A DNA stretch of 64,000 nt from a virus (IMGVR_UViG_3300021420_000021:1-64000), one strand, 5' to 3'; counted from the first letter of the stretch, positions 19,077-29,539 are shown. Numbers and translations are program-made. The notes: generated by a model from the letters alone, not told the origin.

Positions 19077-19367
19077 GTGACAAAGATTAAGCGCGAGCGC
19101 GAAGACAAACCGACACGCTTTCTGAAAAACTTCATCCGAACTTATCTAAAGAAGAATCGCGATATTCCGCCTTCGATTATTGTAATGTTGTTAGATCGAT
19201 TGGCGCTTCTTGATGGATTATACAAAGTAGAATTAACTCCGCGCCGGACGACGACAGGACCGGGAAAAACAGAATCTGAGCAAATACCTGAAGTAGAAAT
19301 AGACATCGATAAAATGCTTGAGCGAGGAGCCGCGAATGCAGCAGATAATTCAGAAGCCAATGGTTGA
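19077..19367 (+). CDS. Hypothetical protein
   Basis: GGAGG SD. Confidence 0.65.
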   Translation: MTKIKREREDKPTRFLKNFIRTYLKKNRDIPPSIIVMLLDRLALLDGLYKVELTPRRTTTGPGKTESEQIPEVEIDIDKMLERGAANAADNSEANG

Positions 19368-19539
19368 CGGTTTCGCTAAAGTTTGGACGCATAAAGGTCT
19401 TGCAATTTTTCTCGATGATGTTCACAAACAATTTGCTTTAGACTTTAGTAACGTAATGTTAAATAATTTCATTCAACAACAAGCGCAAGCTGCGGCGAAA
19501 GCGGCAGAATTGAAGAAGATCGTCGTTGTGGAGGATTAA
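19336..19539 (+). CDS. Hypothetical protein
   Basis: GAGGAG SD before MQQIIQ. Confidence 0.6.
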   Translation: MQQIIQKPMVDGFAKVWTHKGLAIFLDDVHKQFALDFSNVMLNNFIQQQAQAAAKAAELKKIVVVED

Positions 19540-19689
19540 ATGAATAAAACTCAGTATGCGCAAAGAACTTTTACTTATCCGGCATCAGAAAAAACTTCGC
19601 AACTTCAGTGGGATTTCGCATTTCTTGAACGCGAGGAATTCGAAGAGAAGTGGGGCCAAAAGAAGTACACAGAGATGAGTAAACAATAA
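19540..19689 (+). CDS. Hypothetical protein, 49 aa
   Basis: MNKTQYAQRTFTYP...; GGAGG SD; coupled on both sides. Confidence 0.6.
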   Translation: MNKTQYAQRTFTYPASEKTSQLQWDFAFLEREEFEEKWGQKKYTEMSKQ

Positions 19690-19979
19690 TGCTACCGGAT
19701 CAGATTAACGTTGCCGCGCAAGAAAAACAAGCGTCTCAAGAAGGTTATATTCATCGTGTTCTCGTCGCGTTAGATCAATTTGTCAATGTCATATTTCGCG
19801 GACGACCTGATGAGACAATATCTGCTCGTTCTTATCGCGCTGCGCTTGAAGGTAAACTTTGGGGCCGAGCGATGAATGCGTTTCTTAATGTATTCCAGAG
19901 TAATCACGGCGCAAAAGCAGCCGCAGGAGATTTGTATAGGTCGCAATCAATCGACGCAACTGAAACGAAAATATTGTAA
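19689..19979 (+). CDS. Conserved phage protein (LDQxxN...PDETISAR motif)
   Basis: Recognisable phage family motif. Confidence 0.7.
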   Translation: MLPDQINVAAQEKQASQEGYIHRVLVALDQFVNVIFRGRPDETISARSYRAALEGKLWGRAMNAFLNVFQSNHGAKAAAGDLYRSQSIDATETKIL

Positions 19980-20494
19980 TGGCGTACAAGATAATTTTAC
20001 ATGAGATTATAGATCGCCTTTATGTCGGTGATGAAGAAGCTATCGATCTTGCCGAAAAGCGCGGATATTCGATTTTAGCCGCGTGTAAAGATGGCAGTCC
20101 TGATTGTCATCGTGCCGTTCTCGGATACACAACATTGGCAGCGCCAAAAGATAAAAATTATTACTTTATACAAAGTGATAAAGATCACATGGCGCTTAAT
20201 TTGATCGACGTAGATGATCCTGATCTTATTCCTGATACTGTTATTGATGCAGGATTGAAGTTCATGAAAGACCGCTATGACGCAGGTAAAACGATTTTAG
20301 TACATTGTATTGCTGGTCATTCGCGTAGTCCTTCAATGATGCTCATGTTTTTAAGATCGATAGGCGAAATGCCCGAAGGTTTTATTCGTGCCGAAAAAAA
20401 ATTCCGCACTCTTTATCCGCCTTATGATCCCGGCGTCGGAATGCGAGCGCACGCAAGAACGCGATGGGATGAATTGAAAGACAAATACTTATGA
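19979..20494 (+). CDS. Dual-specificity protein phosphatase
   Basis: LYVG, ILVHCIAGHSRS (CX5R). Confidence 0.88.
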   Translation: MAYKIILHEIIDRLYVGDEEAIDLAEKRGYSILAACKDGSPDCHRAVLGYTTLAAPKDKNYYFIQSDKDHMALNLIDVDDPDLIPDTVIDAGLKFMKDRYDAGKTILVHCIAGHSRSPSMMLMFLRSIGEMPEGFIRAEKKFRTLYPPYDPGVGMRAHARTRWDELKDKYL

Positions 20495-21156
20495 GCGTAC
20501 TTGATAAACTAGCTGATGCAGCAACTAAGATGGGGCAGAAAGTCGCAACAGCGCCTTCGAATGAAGCTGCCGCGATTAAAAATAAGACAGACGCAGTAAA
20601 AGAATATCAAGACGCAGTTGCTGATAAGCCGATAGTTCCGAAAGCTACGCCGCCTTCTGTCAATCCGAATAAAGTTGATCCGAAATCACAATATGGAACG
20701 CGACCGGGCGAGCAGCGAATTAGCGATTCTGAAATTAAAGATATGTCACGACCGCTCGGGTCGTTTAAGAAAGGTACGAATTACGTACCGCATACAGGTG
20801 TAGCACTCCTTCATAAAGGAGAAGCAGTAATTCCGGCGAAGGAGAATAAAATGGATTCAACCTACGATATGGTTAAGGGCATGGCAAAAGACAAGCCGCC
20901 CAAGAAAGAAATTAAAGAAATGGTGCATACAAAGTCGCATAATGGAAAGCATATTGTGACTCATAAGCATCATAGTCCGGCACATCACCCGGACGAGACT
21001 CATGTTATGAATGACATGGCCGAGCTTCATTCGCACATGGAAGACCACGCTGGAAGCCCCAACGAAGGCGAAGCCGCACCAGCCGCTGATGGTTCTGCTC
21101 CGGCACAGATGACAGCCGCGCCGTCTCCGGCACCGATGGCCGCTCCGGGGGCTTAA
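20491..21156 (+). CDS. His-rich protein with FxxGTxYVP...LHKGE motif
   Basis: ORF track; motif shared with the next gene. Confidence 0.75.
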   Translation: MSVLDKLADAATKMGQKVATAPSNEAAAIKNKTDAVKEYQDAVADKPIVPKATPPSVNPNKVDPKSQYGTRPGEQRISDSEIKDMSRPLGSFKKGTNYVPHTGVALLHKGEAVIPAKENKMDSTYDMVKGMAKDKPPKKEIKEMVHTKSHNGKHIVTHKHHSPAHHPDETHVMNDMAELHSHMEDHAGSPNEGEAAPAADGSAPAQMTAAPSPAPMAAPGA

Positions 21157-21704
21157 TGGCTGACGATAAGTCTCGCGGAGCACCCGCTGATTTTAGTGGC
21201 AGAGTAATCCCGAATCCGAAGAATATTAAACCTGTTCTTGATACAGACATAAAAGCGAATCCGAAAGATAAATCGGACCCTAAGCCGCCACACGGATTTG
21301 CTTATTACGCCGAGCCGTATCACCCTAAAGATGAGCCTGTTAAGAAAAATATTGATAACGCGCCACTTGAGAATTCGTCAATCCCCGGCCCGATTAGATC
21401 GTTTAAACATGGAACTGATTACGTTCCCGAAACAGGCATAGCGATTCTTCATAAAGGCGAGAAAGTAATTCCGAAGGAAAATAATATGAGTGAACACAGC
21501 CCAGAAGAGAAAGCGCACTTTCATAGAGCGATGAGTAAGCTACACGGCGGGGCGCTCCATAAGCATTTTGGTATCGCAGAAGATAAACCGATACCGATGG
21601 AAAAGAAACAAGAAGCAGCGAATTCGGATAATCCGCATGTCGCAGCTATGGGCCGAATGGCGGTCGCGATGCACGGATGGTCGCATAAGGGTTCGAAGAA
21701 GTAA
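21156..21704 (+). CDS. Protein with FxxGTxYVP...LHKGE motif
   Basis: ORF track; motif shared with the previous gene. Confidence 0.75.
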   Translation: MADDKSRGAPADFSGRVIPNPKNIKPVLDTDIKANPKDKSDPKPPHGFAYYAEPYHPKDEPVKKNIDNAPLENSSIPGPIRSFKHGTDYVPETGIAILHKGEKVIPKENNMSEHSPEEKAHFHRAMSKLHGGALHKHFGIAEDKPIPMEKKQEAANSDNPHVAAMGRMAVAMHGWSHKGSKK

Positions 21705-21719
21705 CGAAAGGATTTTATT

Positions 21720-21995
21720 ATGGCAGACAGAGAAACTTGCGCGGGAAGTTATCCGGGCGCAAAGAATATGGGATTGAGTTTGAAGCGTGCGGGAAGTTCG
21801 TATGTCGAGTGTACAGGTGAAATGGGCGCAGCGGGCGAAAGTCCGAAAGTTCCTAAAGGACATAAATTTAGCCCGTCTGGTACTTCGCGTAAGGGAAGTA
21901 CATCGGGCGAGAGCTATTCTCCTTATGCGCCGACCGCACCAGACGATTACAAAGGCGGGGTCGGAACAGGCCAAGGTAAAGGTTCTCAGGGTTAA
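21720..21995 (+). CDS. Gly/Ser-rich hypothetical protein
   Basis: AAGGA SD. Confidence 0.65.
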   Translation: MADRETCAGSYPGAKNMGLSLKRAGSSYVECTGEMGAAGESPKVPKGHKFSPSGTSRKGSTSGESYSPYAPTAPDDYKGGVGTGQGKGSQG

Positions 21996-22012
21996 TTAGT
22001 GTTGGGGGAGAA

Positions 22013-24034
22013 GTGAAAGTAACAGAGTTAGAAGTGTTAGTTAAGTTTGCAAGAACAGAACATCCTAACTATCAATTCAAGAATATGCCAGACGAAGAGT
22101 TTGACAAGCTGGCAAAACAGAGTTGGGATAGACTTTCTTCGGACCATAAGAAGAAAGTTTCTGCGACTTGTCATGCTGCCAAAGTATTGATTGATGATCA
22201 GCCGGAAACAGCAATTCTTGTAAGGCGTGCGCGGTTTCTTGCACAAACTAACTTATTTTTTCTCTGTCATCTTCTTGAACGCTATAAAGATGCATCGCTG
22301 AAGACGTATACATGGATCGATGGTTCGATCCATAATACACATGAAGAAATTTGTAATGAATTCTTTGTGCGTAAAGACCCGACTAAAGTTTCATTCAAAT
22401 CTTTTGCTAAAGACTATATCGATAAGAAAGAACGATTGTTACTTGTCCCACGAGGCGGCTTTAAGTCTTCTATGGACATGGCAGATGTTATCCAGTACAT
22501 AATCTGCTTCCCCGAGGTAACGATTATGATTTTGACCGGAGTTCTTGATCTGGCAAAAGACTTCGTAAAAGAAATCAAAGGTCATTTTACACTTGAAGAC
22601 GGCGAAATAGAACAAGAGAATCTGTTCCAAACGAAGAAAGCTATTAAGCCGAAGCAAATGGCTGATGGCTCTTACAATCTTTTTCAAGTCTTATTTCCCG
22701 AGCATTGCATTCCGGCAGAAGAAGGTAAATCGTGCGAGTATCAAACTCCTGCTGTTTCAATGGTCGAGAAAGAATGTACTGTTTTCGCTGCATCGATTGA
22801 TCAGAACTTATCAGGTTGGCACGTCGGAGTTTTGAAACTTGATGACGTTGTAACGAACGAGAATAGTCGAACTGTCGAACGAATTAAGAACGTCAATCGC
22901 CAAGTCAGTATTCATAACGCCATGCTTCATCCGTATGGATTTTACGACAAGATTGGCACTTGGTACGATTCTGAAGATACTTACGGACAGACGATTCGCT
23001 ATGTCGCGAAGTGCGAAAAAGATGGCGAAGACGTAAAGACGAAAGTATATATTCGCGCCGCTTGGTGGCCGAATGAAGCCGCTCGTAAGGCAGGTAAAGT
23101 CGAAGAAGAGATGGTCGAGTCAGATTGGGACTTCTGGTTTAATGAAGAAGGCCAGTTGACTTATAAATTTCTTCGCGGCAAGAAACTTGAAGACGCTGAA
23201 GGTTTCGCGATCAAATATTTGAATGATCCGACTCAGGCGCACAGAATTAAATTTCCTCGCGAACTTCTTATACGCCGTACAATTCCTTCGAATATGCTTC
23301 CGCAACAAGGAATGATCGTAACCACAGTAGATACGGCGTATTCAACTAAGAGTTGGGCCGACTATACGGTCATTCTGACTTCTCTTATTTACGGTGGGCG
23401 TTTTTATATCATCGACATGAAACGTGGGCGATATAACGAATACGAACTTCCCGGACTAATCGCGGCAAATGCTTTGCAGTGGAAGCCGAAACGAATTTGC
23501 ATTGAAGATTCTGTCGGCGTTAAGTGGCTCGGACGTGAAGTTTATCGCGAAATGGATCGATTGAAGATTCGAGTTCCGATTGAATTCGTTCCACTCGGTC
23601 AAGGTAATAAAAGTAACGCCAAGAACATGAAAGCGAAACCTGTTCTTAGACTCTTAGGCGATGAACGATTATTATTCGCGAATCAATGTGTCGGTCTTGA
23701 AGAATTATATAACGAATTAGAGAAATTTGATACGGCGGCTTCAACACATGATGATATAGTTTCTGCATTATCGATTCTTGTAGATCAATTTTCGAGTTAT
23801 GCAGAAATGGAAGGAAAGATGTCGTCTGTTGCTCCAGACTTTTGTACAGATATAAAAATGAAGCAACAGTACGACCATATTTACGGCGCGGGTGTTTTCG
23901 AAAAGATGGTCGCGCAAAAGAATTTTGAATCATCGTTAGATCATCCGGACTTATCCGGAGTAGAAGCGATGAAAGCCGCGCAGCAAGAAGCGGCGCAAGA
24001 TTACGATCCGTTACAAGAAGCAGGTTTGTGGTAG
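22013..24034 (+). CDS. terL: Terminase large subunit
   Basis: PRGGFKSS Walker A, LKLDDVV Walker B, IGTWY, VDTAYS and HDDIVSA nuclease motifs. Confidence 0.92.
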   Translation: MKVTELEVLVKFARTEHPNYQFKNMPDEEFDKLAKQSWDRLSSDHKKKVSATCHAAKVLIDDQPETAILVRRARFLAQTNLFFLCHLLERYKDASLKTYTWIDGSIHNTHEEICNEFFVRKDPTKVSFKSFAKDYIDKKERLLLVPRGGFKSSMDMADVIQYIICFPEVTIMILTGVLDLAKDFVKEIKGHFTLEDGEIEQENLFQTKKAIKPKQMADGSYNLFQVLFPEHCIPAEEGKSCEYQTPAVSMVEKECTVFAASIDQNLSGWHVGVLKLDDVVTNENSRTVERIKNVNRQVSIHNAMLHPYGFYDKIGTWYDSEDTYGQTIRYVAKCEKDGEDVKTKVYIRAAWWPNEAARKAGKVEEEMVESDWDFWFNEEGQLTYKFLRGKKLEDAEGFAIKYLNDPTQAHRIKFPRELLIRRTIPSNMLPQQGMIVTTVDTAYSTKSWADYTVILTSLIYGGRFYIIDMKRGRYNEYELPGLIAANALQWKPKRICIEDSVGVKWLGREVYREMDRLKIRVPIEFVPLGQGNKSNAKNMKAKPVLRLLGDERLLFANQCVGLEELYNELEKFDTAASTHDDIVSALSILVDQFSSYAEMEGKMSSVAPDFCTDIKMKQQYDHIYGAGVFEKMVAQKNFESSLDHPDLSGVEAMKAAQQEAAQDYDPLQEAGLW

Positions 24035-24046
24035 GAAGGACAACCA

Positions 24047-26179
24047 GTGGCAGACGAACAGATAAATGGCATGGCAGTCGATTCTGTCGGTTTTCCTAGT
24101 GATGGCAATCCGAACGCGCCGTTAGTCGCAGCAGATTTTACACAAACTGGTGAGATAAAAGAAGTCTCCGGCGATTTAAGTTTAGTAACAGGCTCGGCGC
24201 AAGCAGCGCGAGATTATATTGCCAATAACCAGTGGAACATGCTTTGGAGAGATGCCGATCTTCTTTTTCAAAGTCCGCGCCCTTTAAGCGTATATGAAAA
24301 TACGTATGTAATGGAACCGAACGTTCAACGATTTACAGTAGCGAAAATCGTTAACGCGATCATCCCTCAGTTATACAAAGGATTATTTTACGACGATCCG
24401 CCGATGCTTATGCGCCCGCGACCGGGAACGCCGCAAGCAATTGTTGACGCGAAACAAGCTCTCTTCTCTTACATTCTTGACGAATGCGATTTCAAACAAC
24501 AGACGAAGTGGGGCATGGAAACAATGGCCACTTTCGGAACTGGTATTTGGAAGTGGGGAATTGACTGGAAAGATATAACGACTTGGAAGCGGACAGCTTC
24601 GAGTTTGAATATTGAAACAGGATTAGATCAATCGAAACAAGTTATTCCTGTCGTTACGAACGAAGCACCGAAAGTCACGCCGACCGTGACGACGATGCGG
24701 CTTCCGTTCTTCGAACACAGACCATTAGATAAAGTCCTTGTTGATCCGCATCTTGATGTCAGTGATATTCGTAAGGCCGATTGGGTTGTAGATGTTCATT
24801 ATATGGACTTTTACCAACTCGAAGAAATTCGCAAGGCAATCGAAGATTCTTCAGATAAGAAAGCGACCGAAGGATGGTCAATCCCGTCTAATCTGCGTGA
24901 TACGTGGATCAAGACTACAAGTACAGTCACTAATCTTCAAAGTGAACAAAACGTTTACGCTACAGGCGCGGTTCATCATTCGAAAGATATGCCGATTCAG
25001 GCCGGGCCTGATCCGCTGCGTAAGAAGTTAGAAGTTCTCGAATATTGGGATAAGAAACGTAAGATCATCGTTATTAACGGTGAAACTGTACTTTTTACAG
25101 GTATAAACGAATTTGATCAATTGCCGTTTCTTTCGTGTAATTGGTGGAGTCGGCCAAAAGCGTTTTATGGCATGGGACTCGGCTTAGTAATCGGCCAAAA
25201 TCAACGTGTCGATCAAGGCGCGATTAATGCGATTCTAAAAATTCTTAGCTTCGGTGTCAATCCAATTTATCTTCAGAAACGCGAAGCAAATACGGCGACT
25301 CAAATGATCCGAACCGGACTCGGTAAGATCATGAAAGTTGATGGAGATGCAGATAAAGCATTCCATTTACTTGAACAGCCGAAAGTTCCGTCCGATGTTT
25401 GGAACGCGTTGAAAGAATCACAAGATAGTTCAGAATCTGCTTCGGGGGCCGATCAACAACTCGTACAAGGGTCTACTGCTGGTCCTCGGTCTGGCATGGG
25501 TCGAACGTCAGGTGGCGCGGCGATTCAGGCATCTGCAAGCGCAACTCGTCTAGACGGCCCGCTAGACAATTTTATCGAACAAGTATTCAAGCCGTTTCTG
25601 TCTATTCTTGACATGCTCGTTTTTAGATTTATGCACGATGAATGGATTTTGCACATTCTTGGCGAATTACTCGGCAAATCTTTGACTCAATCATTTCCGA
25701 TGCAGGAGTATTGGGATTCGAATATTCAGTTTGAAATTCTTGCAGGCGCATCGATGAGTGCAAGACGAACGATGGCGCAGTCGATGGTCATGCTTACGCA
25801 GATTTTCGACAATCCTCAAATTGGCGAACAATTAGCCGATATCAACGAAGAATATATCGATTATGATGCGATTCTTCGGATGTGGATGGAAGCTTCGGAA
25901 TGGAAGAACAATAACGATATTATAAAGAAAATGACTCCGCAGATGTTGCAGAAACGGGCAGCGCAGTCTAAAGCAGCGCAAATGCAAATGCAGGTTCAGG
26001 CGAAACAGCAAGATTCGCAACAGAAGTTCCAACAAAAGTCTGATTTGGAAGACCAAAGTTCGAACAATCGCATCAAACGCGATCTTGTAATTGCTGCGGC
26101 CAAGGCGTCCGGACTTTCTGAGACAGTGGAAGGGGAACCAAGTTCAGGCGGACTTGAGGGGCAATTGCCGAACGTGTAA
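24047..26179 (+). CDS. Portal protein (podovirus type)
   Basis: 710 aa directly after terL; FGTGIWK, VDPH, FYGMGL, Q-rich C-terminal helix. Confidence 0.85.
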   Translation: MADEQINGMAVDSVGFPSDGNPNAPLVAADFTQTGEIKEVSGDLSLVTGSAQAARDYIANNQWNMLWRDADLLFQSPRPLSVYENTYVMEPNVQRFTVAKIVNAIIPQLYKGLFYDDPPMLMRPRPGTPQAIVDAKQALFSYILDECDFKQQTKWGMETMATFGTGIWKWGIDWKDITTWKRTASSLNIETGLDQSKQVIPVVTNEAPKVTPTVTTMRLPFFEHRPLDKVLVDPHLDVSDIRKADWVVDVHYMDFYQLEEIRKAIEDSSDKKATEGWSIPSNLRDTWIKTTSTVTNLQSEQNVYATGAVHHSKDMPIQAGPDPLRKKLEVLEYWDKKRKIIVINGETVLFTGINEFDQLPFLSCNWWSRPKAFYGMGLGLVIGQNQRVDQGAINAILKILSFGVNPIYLQKREANTATQMIRTGLGKIMKVDGDADKAFHLLEQPKVPSDVWNALKESQDSSESASGADQQLVQGSTAGPRSGMGRTSGGAAIQASASATRLDGPLDNFIEQVFKPFLSILDMLVFRFMHDEWILHILGELLGKSLTQSFPMQEYWDSNIQFEILAGASMSARRTMAQSMVMLTQIFDNPQIGEQLADINEEYIDYDAILRMWMEASEWKNNNDIIKKMTPQMLQKRAAQSKAAQMQMQVQAKQQDSQQKFQQKSDLEDQSSNNRIKRDLVIAAAKASGLSETVEGEPSSGGLEGQLPNV

Positions 26180-26263
26180 AAGTTGATTAGCACTTTGCTA
26201 GTCCGTGATTAGGGCGGCACGAAACAAAACCGCCCACTTATTCTGGCCTGAATGCAGGAGATA

Positions 26264-27244
26264 ATGAAAGTCTTATTTGTTCTGAAGAAAAGCGGATACG
26301 GTTGTAATTACAATTATGGCACAAGTGGATTACTAAACTCTGCGAAATTTGTTGTCGATATGTTGAATCATAACGGCGTCGAAGCGAAGTTAGTTGTAGT
26401 AGACGACAATAACGATATTGACCGGGAAGTTTTTAACTTTCAACCAGATACAGTCATAATCGAAGCACTTTGGGTCGTTCCTGAGAAATTCGAAGTCTTA
26501 AAAACGCTTCATCCGAACGTCAAATGGATTGTACGTATACACAGTGATTTGCCGTTTCTTGCGTCAGATTCAATCGCAATGGCTTGGACGTTTGACTATT
26601 TGAAACGTGGAATCGCAGTTGCTTTTAATGACATGCGGGCGTTTAGTAATATTAAAGACATTTCACATTATGATAATGTTTTATTTCTTCCGAATTTTTA
26701 TCCATTTTGTGAGATTTTGAATCAAAAGCCAAGTCCGGGTCTTAATATTGGCTGTTTTGGGGCGATTAGACCGTTAAAGAATCAATTAATTCAGGCAGTT
26801 GCGGCGATAAGATACGCCGATTCGGTCAATCAACAGTTGAATTTTTATATTAACGGAACTCGTTGCGAAGATGGCGGCGAAAGTGTTCTGAAAAATCTTC
26901 GTTCATTATTCGCGAATACAAAACATAAGTTAGTTGAAATAACTTGGCTTGATCGGGCCGAATTTCTACAAATAATGTCGCGAATGAATCTGGCGATGTG
27001 TATTTCTTTTACAGAAACGTTTTGCATTGTCGCCGCAGATGCTGTGACTGTCGGAACGCCGTTAATCTGTTCTTCACAAGTACCGTGGGCGGATGGTATG
27101 TCAATCGTTCCTGCGACAAACGCTTCGCATATCGCGAATCGAATCGGCCATTTACTTGATTCGAAAGAAACTATCGAGCATAATCATAAGAAATTGAGTG
27201 AGTATTCGAAGCGCAGTCAAGATATTTGGTTAGAGACTCTGTAG
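26264..27244 (+). CDS. Glycosyltransferase family 4 (GT-B)
   Basis: FGAIRPLKNQ, SFTETFCIVAADA. Confidence 0.85.
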   Translation: MKVLFVLKKSGYGCNYNYGTSGLLNSAKFVVDMLNHNGVEAKLVVVDDNNDIDREVFNFQPDTVIIEALWVVPEKFEVLKTLHPNVKWIVRIHSDLPFLASDSIAMAWTFDYLKRGIAVAFNDMRAFSNIKDISHYDNVLFLPNFYPFCEILNQKPSPGLNIGCFGAIRPLKNQLIQAVAAIRYADSVNQQLNFYINGTRCEDGGESVLKNLRSLFANTKHKLVEITWLDRAEFLQIMSRMNLAMCISFTETFCIVAADAVTVGTPLICSSQVPWADGMSIVPATNASHIANRIGHLLDSKETIEHNHKKLSEYSKRSQDIWLETL

Positions 27245-27252
27245 GAGGAGAA

Positions 27253-27591
27253 ATGCTCGCAGTAAACGACGTGGTTAAAGGAATTGACGTTGATATAGTT
27301 TTGACCGAAACAGAACGGTCGTTACTTGCGGCATATGTTAAAACTGAGGCATTTGATGTCTTGCAACGTCTGATGGAAGATTCGGTCAAATCATATAACG
27401 TCCGACTTACAAATACCGATCCGACAGATACAGAATCAGTTCTTGTAAATCATCGGATGGCGAATGCAGTCGGCGGATTTTATACGTCGTTGATTTCACG
27501 GTTGAAAGAAGAACTTGCAGTAGAAAATTATAATAATCGGGCCAGAAATGCAGAGCCTGAAAATAATATGCAGTTAGACGGATTGAGATAG
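27253..27591 (+). CDS. Hypothetical head-module protein
   Basis: AGGAGG SD; lies between portal and scaffold. Confidence 0.7.
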   Translation: MLAVNDVVKGIDVDIVLTETERSLLAAYVKTEAFDVLQRLMEDSVKSYNVRLTNTDPTDTESVLVNHRMANAVGGFYTSLISRLKEELAVENYNNRARNAEPENNMQLDGLR

Positions 27592-27599
27592 GAGGATAT

Positions 27600-27827
27600 T
27601 TGAAGCCGACAATAGGACAAATTGTAATTTATCATCCGCTTCCAGACGATGAAGACGGCTGTCAACCAAACGGGGCAGTTAAAGATTTGCCAGCGATTAT
27701 TGTCGCAGTTTGGTCAGATACGTATCTTAATTTGAAAGTTATAACTGATGGGCTGAAAGATACTTGGGTTACATCTGTCTCTGAAGGAACCGGGCCGCGC
27801 AATTGGTCTTGGCCTGAAAGAATTTAA
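27600..27827 (+). CDS. Conserved small phage protein (PTIGQIV...PAII...WSWP)
   Basis: Family motif; AGGAGG SD. Confidence 0.75.
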   Translation: MKPTIGQIVIYHPLPDDEDGCQPNGAVKDLPAIIVAVWSDTYLNLKVITDGLKDTWVTSVSEGTGPRNWSWPERI

Positions 27828-27851
27828 TAAACATTAGGAGGAGGAGAGTAA

Positions 27852-28805
27852 ATGTCAGAAGAAGTTATTGTACAAGATATAATCGAACCGGAAGTTCTGG
27901 CAGAAGTCGTAGTGCCTGAACCAGAATTAGAATACAGTTATCAGCCGACCGATGAATCCGGCAGAAGTATCGGCGGGCGACAAGTAATCAAGTATCGAAC
28001 GCCCGAAGAACTTGCCGATAAGATGAGAGATAATTCTGTTCATCTAATCCGCAAATTGCGCCAAGTCACGAAAGAAGCAAGACTTGGGCGCGGCGAAGAT
28101 TCGATTCCTGATGACGCAGAACGTTTTGCACAGCCCGTAGACTTCCAACCAAAACCATTGTCTGCTGGCGAACGTTATGCGATTTCACAAGATTTGAACG
28201 ACCCAGAGAAGTTCGAAGCGGCCCGCGACCGACTATTAGAGTCAGCAATTGGCGCTTCGCCCGAAGATTTACGTAAGACATTAAATCAGCAACAGATTAC
28301 GACGATGCAATTACTCGCCCGTCAAAATGCGGCGATCTTTATGGAAAAGCATCCGGAATTCTATTCTGTGACTGAAAATCTTGAAGTTTTGACGAATTGG
28401 ATGATCAAGAATAGGCTATCACCAACCGTCGCGAATTTTGAACGAGCCAATTCAACGATGACAGAAGCCGGATTGCTTTTGTCACCACCTATCGTGCGTG
28501 AGGTTGCTCCAACGGTGCAAACCGTGGAGAACACGGTTCCAAATGCGGAACCAGTCGCACCAGTCACTCGGATTAGTGATTCGGCGCAACCGCAACAACC
28601 AAGCCAACCTGCAAGAGTGCCTTCGGGCCTGAATTCTCGTGTTGCTTCTAACACCGGAGTCCAGCCGAATACGGGCGCACTTACATTGGCTGATATCGAC
28701 CGCATGTCTTCTGACGAGTACAAGCGGCGATTATTGACAGACCCGAAGTTTAGTGAGAATGTCGATAAGCTCGAAGCTACTCGTCCCGCGAAGGCACGGC
28801 GATAA
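27852..28805 (+). CDS. Capsid scaffolding protein
   Basis: Acidic/helical, Pro-rich linker, C-terminal IDRMSSDEY; immediately upstream of MCP. Confidence 0.75.
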   Translation: MSEEVIVQDIIEPEVLAEVVVPEPELEYSYQPTDESGRSIGGRQVIKYRTPEELADKMRDNSVHLIRKLRQVTKEARLGRGEDSIPDDAERFAQPVDFQPKPLSAGERYAISQDLNDPEKFEAARDRLLESAIGASPEDLRKTLNQQQITTMQLLARQNAAIFMEKHPEFYSVTENLEVLTNWMIKNRLSPTVANFERANSTMTEAGLLLSPPIVREVAPTVQTVENTVPNAEPVAPVTRISDSAQPQQPSQPARVPSGLNSRVASNTGVQPNTGALTLADIDRMSSDEYKRRLLTDPKFSENVDKLEATRPAKARR

Positions 28806-28817
28806 AGGTAAGAAACC

Positions 28818-29453
28818 TTGAGTTTTAGTCCTTCAGGGAATCAACTCTCTAACCTCCCGCAATCTACCGTAAAATTTTACGATAAAAAATTCCGGGAAAA
28901 TCTAAAGGCCCAGACGCCATTCGTGGCTTGCGCCGAACGTCTCAATTTGCCTACCAACTCTGGTAATCAATATGAGATGTTCATGTACGTCCCCTTAGCA
29001 GCCAACACCAATCAAACGACCGAAGGTACTGTCGGATCGTCTTTGAGTGCTAGCGTGCTAACAACCACGGCTACGATTGGTGAATATGCCGATTACGCTA
29101 ACTTCTCTTCGCTAAGTCTTGCAACTGCAATCGACAATACTGTCGAGAACGTCGCGAAGGAAATGTCTTATCGCCTTGGCGAAAGTCTGTCCGCTCTCGT
29201 TCGTGCAACTTGCGACGGCGCGAACAGCATCGATTCTAGCGTGCTGACTCAGTTGGCCGCGACTTCGACTTCGAGCTTTACCGCTCTGTCGTTGTCCCAG
29301 ATTCGAAATAGCGTCCAGTCACTTGCTGGCCGTTCTGTCCGTCCGTTCGATGAAGCGAGTAAGAGCTTCATCGGAGTCATCCATCCTTTCGCCCTTGGCG
29401 ATGTGTTGGCTGACAATAGCAACGATTCGCCTATCGATATCCTGAAGCACACT
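28818..29453 (+). CDS. Major capsid protein (N4-gp56-like), exon 1
   Basis: FYDKKFRENLKAQT, EG, ATIGEYADY, FIGVIHP; ends ...ILKHT at the 5' splice site. Confidence 0.88.
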
Positions 29454-29510
29454 TTAATTCTATTGGGGTGTGTATAAACTTAACTATATCGGGGAACATC
29501 AAGATTTCTC

Positions 29511-29539
29511 TTGACAATCCCGAGATAACTTCTTATAAT
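29511..29539 (+). promoter_or_regulatory. Consensus sigma70 promoter inside the intron core, upstream of the LAGLIDADG ORF
   Basis: TTGACA-17-TATAAT, exact consensus. Confidence 0.75.

Noticed and set aside
19077-21995. Terminase small subunit assignment
   Set aside because: No candidate shows a motif I can support; left as hypothetical.
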